A stretch of 63,852 nucleotides of DNA, the filler included, from Perkinsus chesapeaki ATCC PRA-425 (lineage: Eukaryota; Protista; Perkinsozoa): assembly GCA_013115145.1 (NCBI GenBank). It is 10 parts of 10 records of this genome, joined end to end, with 100 filler letters (N's around TTAATTAATTAA, not from the genome) between each part and the next. Parts side by side here need not be neighbours in the genome. Positions count along the whole stretch, not along the records: positions 61,669 to 63,852 come from JAAPAO010001657.1; 9 more parts are not named here. One strand, given 5' to 3'. This document shows positions 61,669 through 63,852 of the stretch, piece by piece (position 1 is the first letter of the stretch; every line of letters begins with the position of its first letter). The notes under the pieces are model-generated. The model was not told the origin of the DNA. It did no database searches and saw only the letters and a program-made list of their open reading frames with translations. The position numbers were made by a program, and so were the translations under genes.

Positions 61669-63795
61669 TGTAATCGAGGTTGGTTTACTCTATCCATTCC
61701 TTAAGGGTGACTTTGCCGTCATTGTTCCCATCGAAAACTTGCATCACTTCAGCGAATATCTCCTCAGGTCTCCTACATCCTGAGCGGACCTGAGACAGAC
61801 GCCAACTTCGCATTATCATTTGATAACGTCTCTTAGCGTTCTGTACTATAATACTTACAAGAACGGGATCATAGAAACCGTTCTTCGAAACATAGAAAAG
61901 AAGAAATGAAATACCAGTATCGTGATAATTGAGGAACCATCATATGGACCAAATGATATGGTTACCATATTAGCAATATGGTATTACTATAATATTATTA
62001 CGGTCATATTACGACTTCTTTATTTTCTGGACAAGAGAAATGAGCCTTACTGTGAGGCCCTTACATCTGGATGATGGGACGGATTGAGACAGTTAATATC
62101 ACCAGCAGTGAGGCAACCATCGCCATCGCAATCTAGCCCTTCGAATATGCTCTCGACAGTCTCCCTGCGTCGCTGGTTCATCTTACCTAACAAGACCACA
62201 ACTATGTTCTGAATGAAGCTCTGATCGCATGAAATGGTACTCAATCGTCCATCTGCTGATATTTACGATTCGTTACGAGTCATTCGTGAATAGGGGTTCC
62301 GAATCTCCAGTGTAGTAGTCCGCTACTAATGAAAGGCTTTTATTACTGTAGAACTAGCAATGCTGCAGTGCAAGCGGAAACGGTATTGACCAATGCCTGA
62401 CGGTCCGCGATCTTAGAGTGCTAGCTAAGAGTGGTCCCCGACCACTAGTGTTGTTTCCACAGACTCTGCGAGGGAGGGTTGCTATAGTAGTGTCATACAC
62501 AACACGCGTTGTCCCCCTTTGGCGTGTACGACCTGTGGCGCACAATTTGTCCCCTAATAACGTCTAGCCACGTTAGTCCATCACCGACTGTCCCTGAGGT
62601 TGTTGTACGATTGAACGATAAATTCTCAACAAAACCCATCCCATCCCGCCCTAGAGGAGGCCTCAAGCCTGACAGCCAGGGTCACAACATAGAGTGTCTG
62701 CATTTTTCCAGACTATGGATGCTGGACCTGACTGCTCAGACTATATGAGGCTGCCACCGGTCGCCGGCGTGTACCACAAACGTGGCACCACCGACGTCGG
62801 CGCCTATGGCTACACCCCAAACCCTCTAGAGCAGGTAACAGGGAAACAACAGTACAGTACTACACAGAAGCCGAATATACATAAATAAGCAGGACCACTG
62901 GTCCTGATTCAGGACTCCTGAACCAGTCAGGCTCCACCTAAAGGCTACGGTAGTCTGACTACCATGAGTAATGATTTACGATGCTAATAATAATTTGCGA
63001 ATGATATTATTGAGGAAACAGACTAGTAGTAGTGCGTCGCTGATTCTTACCGCGTATGGCCCTCAAAAACTCATCGTAATCCACTGCTCCAGAGGAGTCA
63101 GAGTCGAAACGTCGGAAAAGCTGTGAACGAGCTTGGTCGTTCCGGACACCAATCTCCGTCAGAAATTTGTTGAACTCTTCTTTGTTCAACTGAGAGGAGG
63201 GCGCAGTCTATTAGGAACACGTCTCAGTAGTACTAGGCCCAATTGCGCGACTGTTATTGCGGCTATGAATAGCGCTTCGGATTTCAAATTTTGAAATACC
63301 ATAATTTGGATACTTTAATTGCGGTTTTGAAATTCAAAACCGCAATTAAGCTAATGAGTTCCGCGAAGTTCAGAATCTGAGTAAATGAACATGCGTCTTT
63401 AGTAAAGACTCTTTACGCGCCTCACGATAGGCTATCTCATGTAAGCCCACTAAGCTCAGGCCCTGAGCCGCAGGTTAGTAACCTGGTAACGCGACGTTAC
63501 ACTGAGTTTTCGGAATATTCTCGTCTTCACTTACTTTACCATCTCCGTCATCGTCAATGACCCGGAATAGCCTGCCCATGCTGTAGATATCTCCTGGGTT
63601 CCGAGTTCTCAATCTTTTTCGGAAGTCTTCCAGGGTGGCCTGCTGCACAGAGTAAGTTGGACAGGGTCGCCAAAGTATCCAATTTCTACGGCCCTATCAT
63701 TTTCAACAGCAAACGAAGGCATAGCTGCTCTTCGCCGGGAAGGCTCCTAGAATTGAAACGGCGAGAGAATTGTTGGAATACGAAATTCCCATGAT
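61669..63795 (-). CDS. Calcyphosin-like multi-EF-hand calcium-binding protein, multi-exon, 3' end lost in gap
   Basis: In-phase exons: LEDFRKRLRTRNPGDIYSMGRLFRVIDDDGDG|KLNKEEF..LFRRFDSDSSGAVDYDEFLRAIRG|KMNQRRRETVESIFEGLDCDGDG..HPD|VRSGCRRPEEIFAEVMQVFDGNNDGKVTLKEWIE. Start uncertain. Confidence 0.8.
63281..63483. repeat. Intronic cluster of perfect palindromes with 1-nt centres (largest 17-bp arms)
   Basis: atttcaaa-t-tttgaaat (63281-63297); ttaattgcggttttgaa-a-ttcaaaaccgcaattaa (63315-63349); gctcagg-c-cctgagc (63454-63468); also gatag-g-ctatc and ggtta-g-taacc. Confidence 0.9.
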
Positions 63796-63852
63796 GCAGA
63801 GGTCGGGAATGTGAACAGTAGATGGTTGAACTCTGACATGAATAGTATATAC

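Overview
Eukaryotic protist genomic DNA, most consistent with Perkinsus (Perkinsozoa, Alveolata). The basis is the very short GT-AG introns, expanded cathepsin B and pepsin-like families, lineage-specific secreted proteins and flagellar genes; this is inference from gene content, not a database match. The window is ten contig segments joined by nine artificial 100-nt spacers (44 N + TTAATTAATTAA + 44 N), so adjacency across spacers is unproven. Recognisable genes: a Ser/Thr mucin-like protein with four 6-Cys repeats, a MORN-repeat protein, a chitin synthase, a CCDC146/MBO2-like protein, two cathepsin B paralogs (one with a nonsense codon and a frameshift, one truncated), a GT77-like glycosyltransferase, a double-domain pepsin-like protein plus a fragment, two related secreted proteins, CK2 alpha, an ABCA fragment, a class I O-methyltransferase, UTP15, a calcyphosin-like EF-hand protein, and retrotransposon integrase and RT/RNase H pieces. 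Two patterns are not explained by the gene calls. (1) Perfect inverted repeats with a single unpaired central base recur across the window, with arms up to 33 bp. One looks like a hAT-type excision footprint and frameshifts a cathepsin; another encloses a self-complementary 41-nt GT-AG segment whose removal restores a protease frame. (2) Two short spliceosomal introns, in UTP15 and CK2 alpha, resemble a tRNA 3' half followed by a TTTTT terminator. Exon boundaries were read by eye, so the ends of multi-exon genes are approximate.
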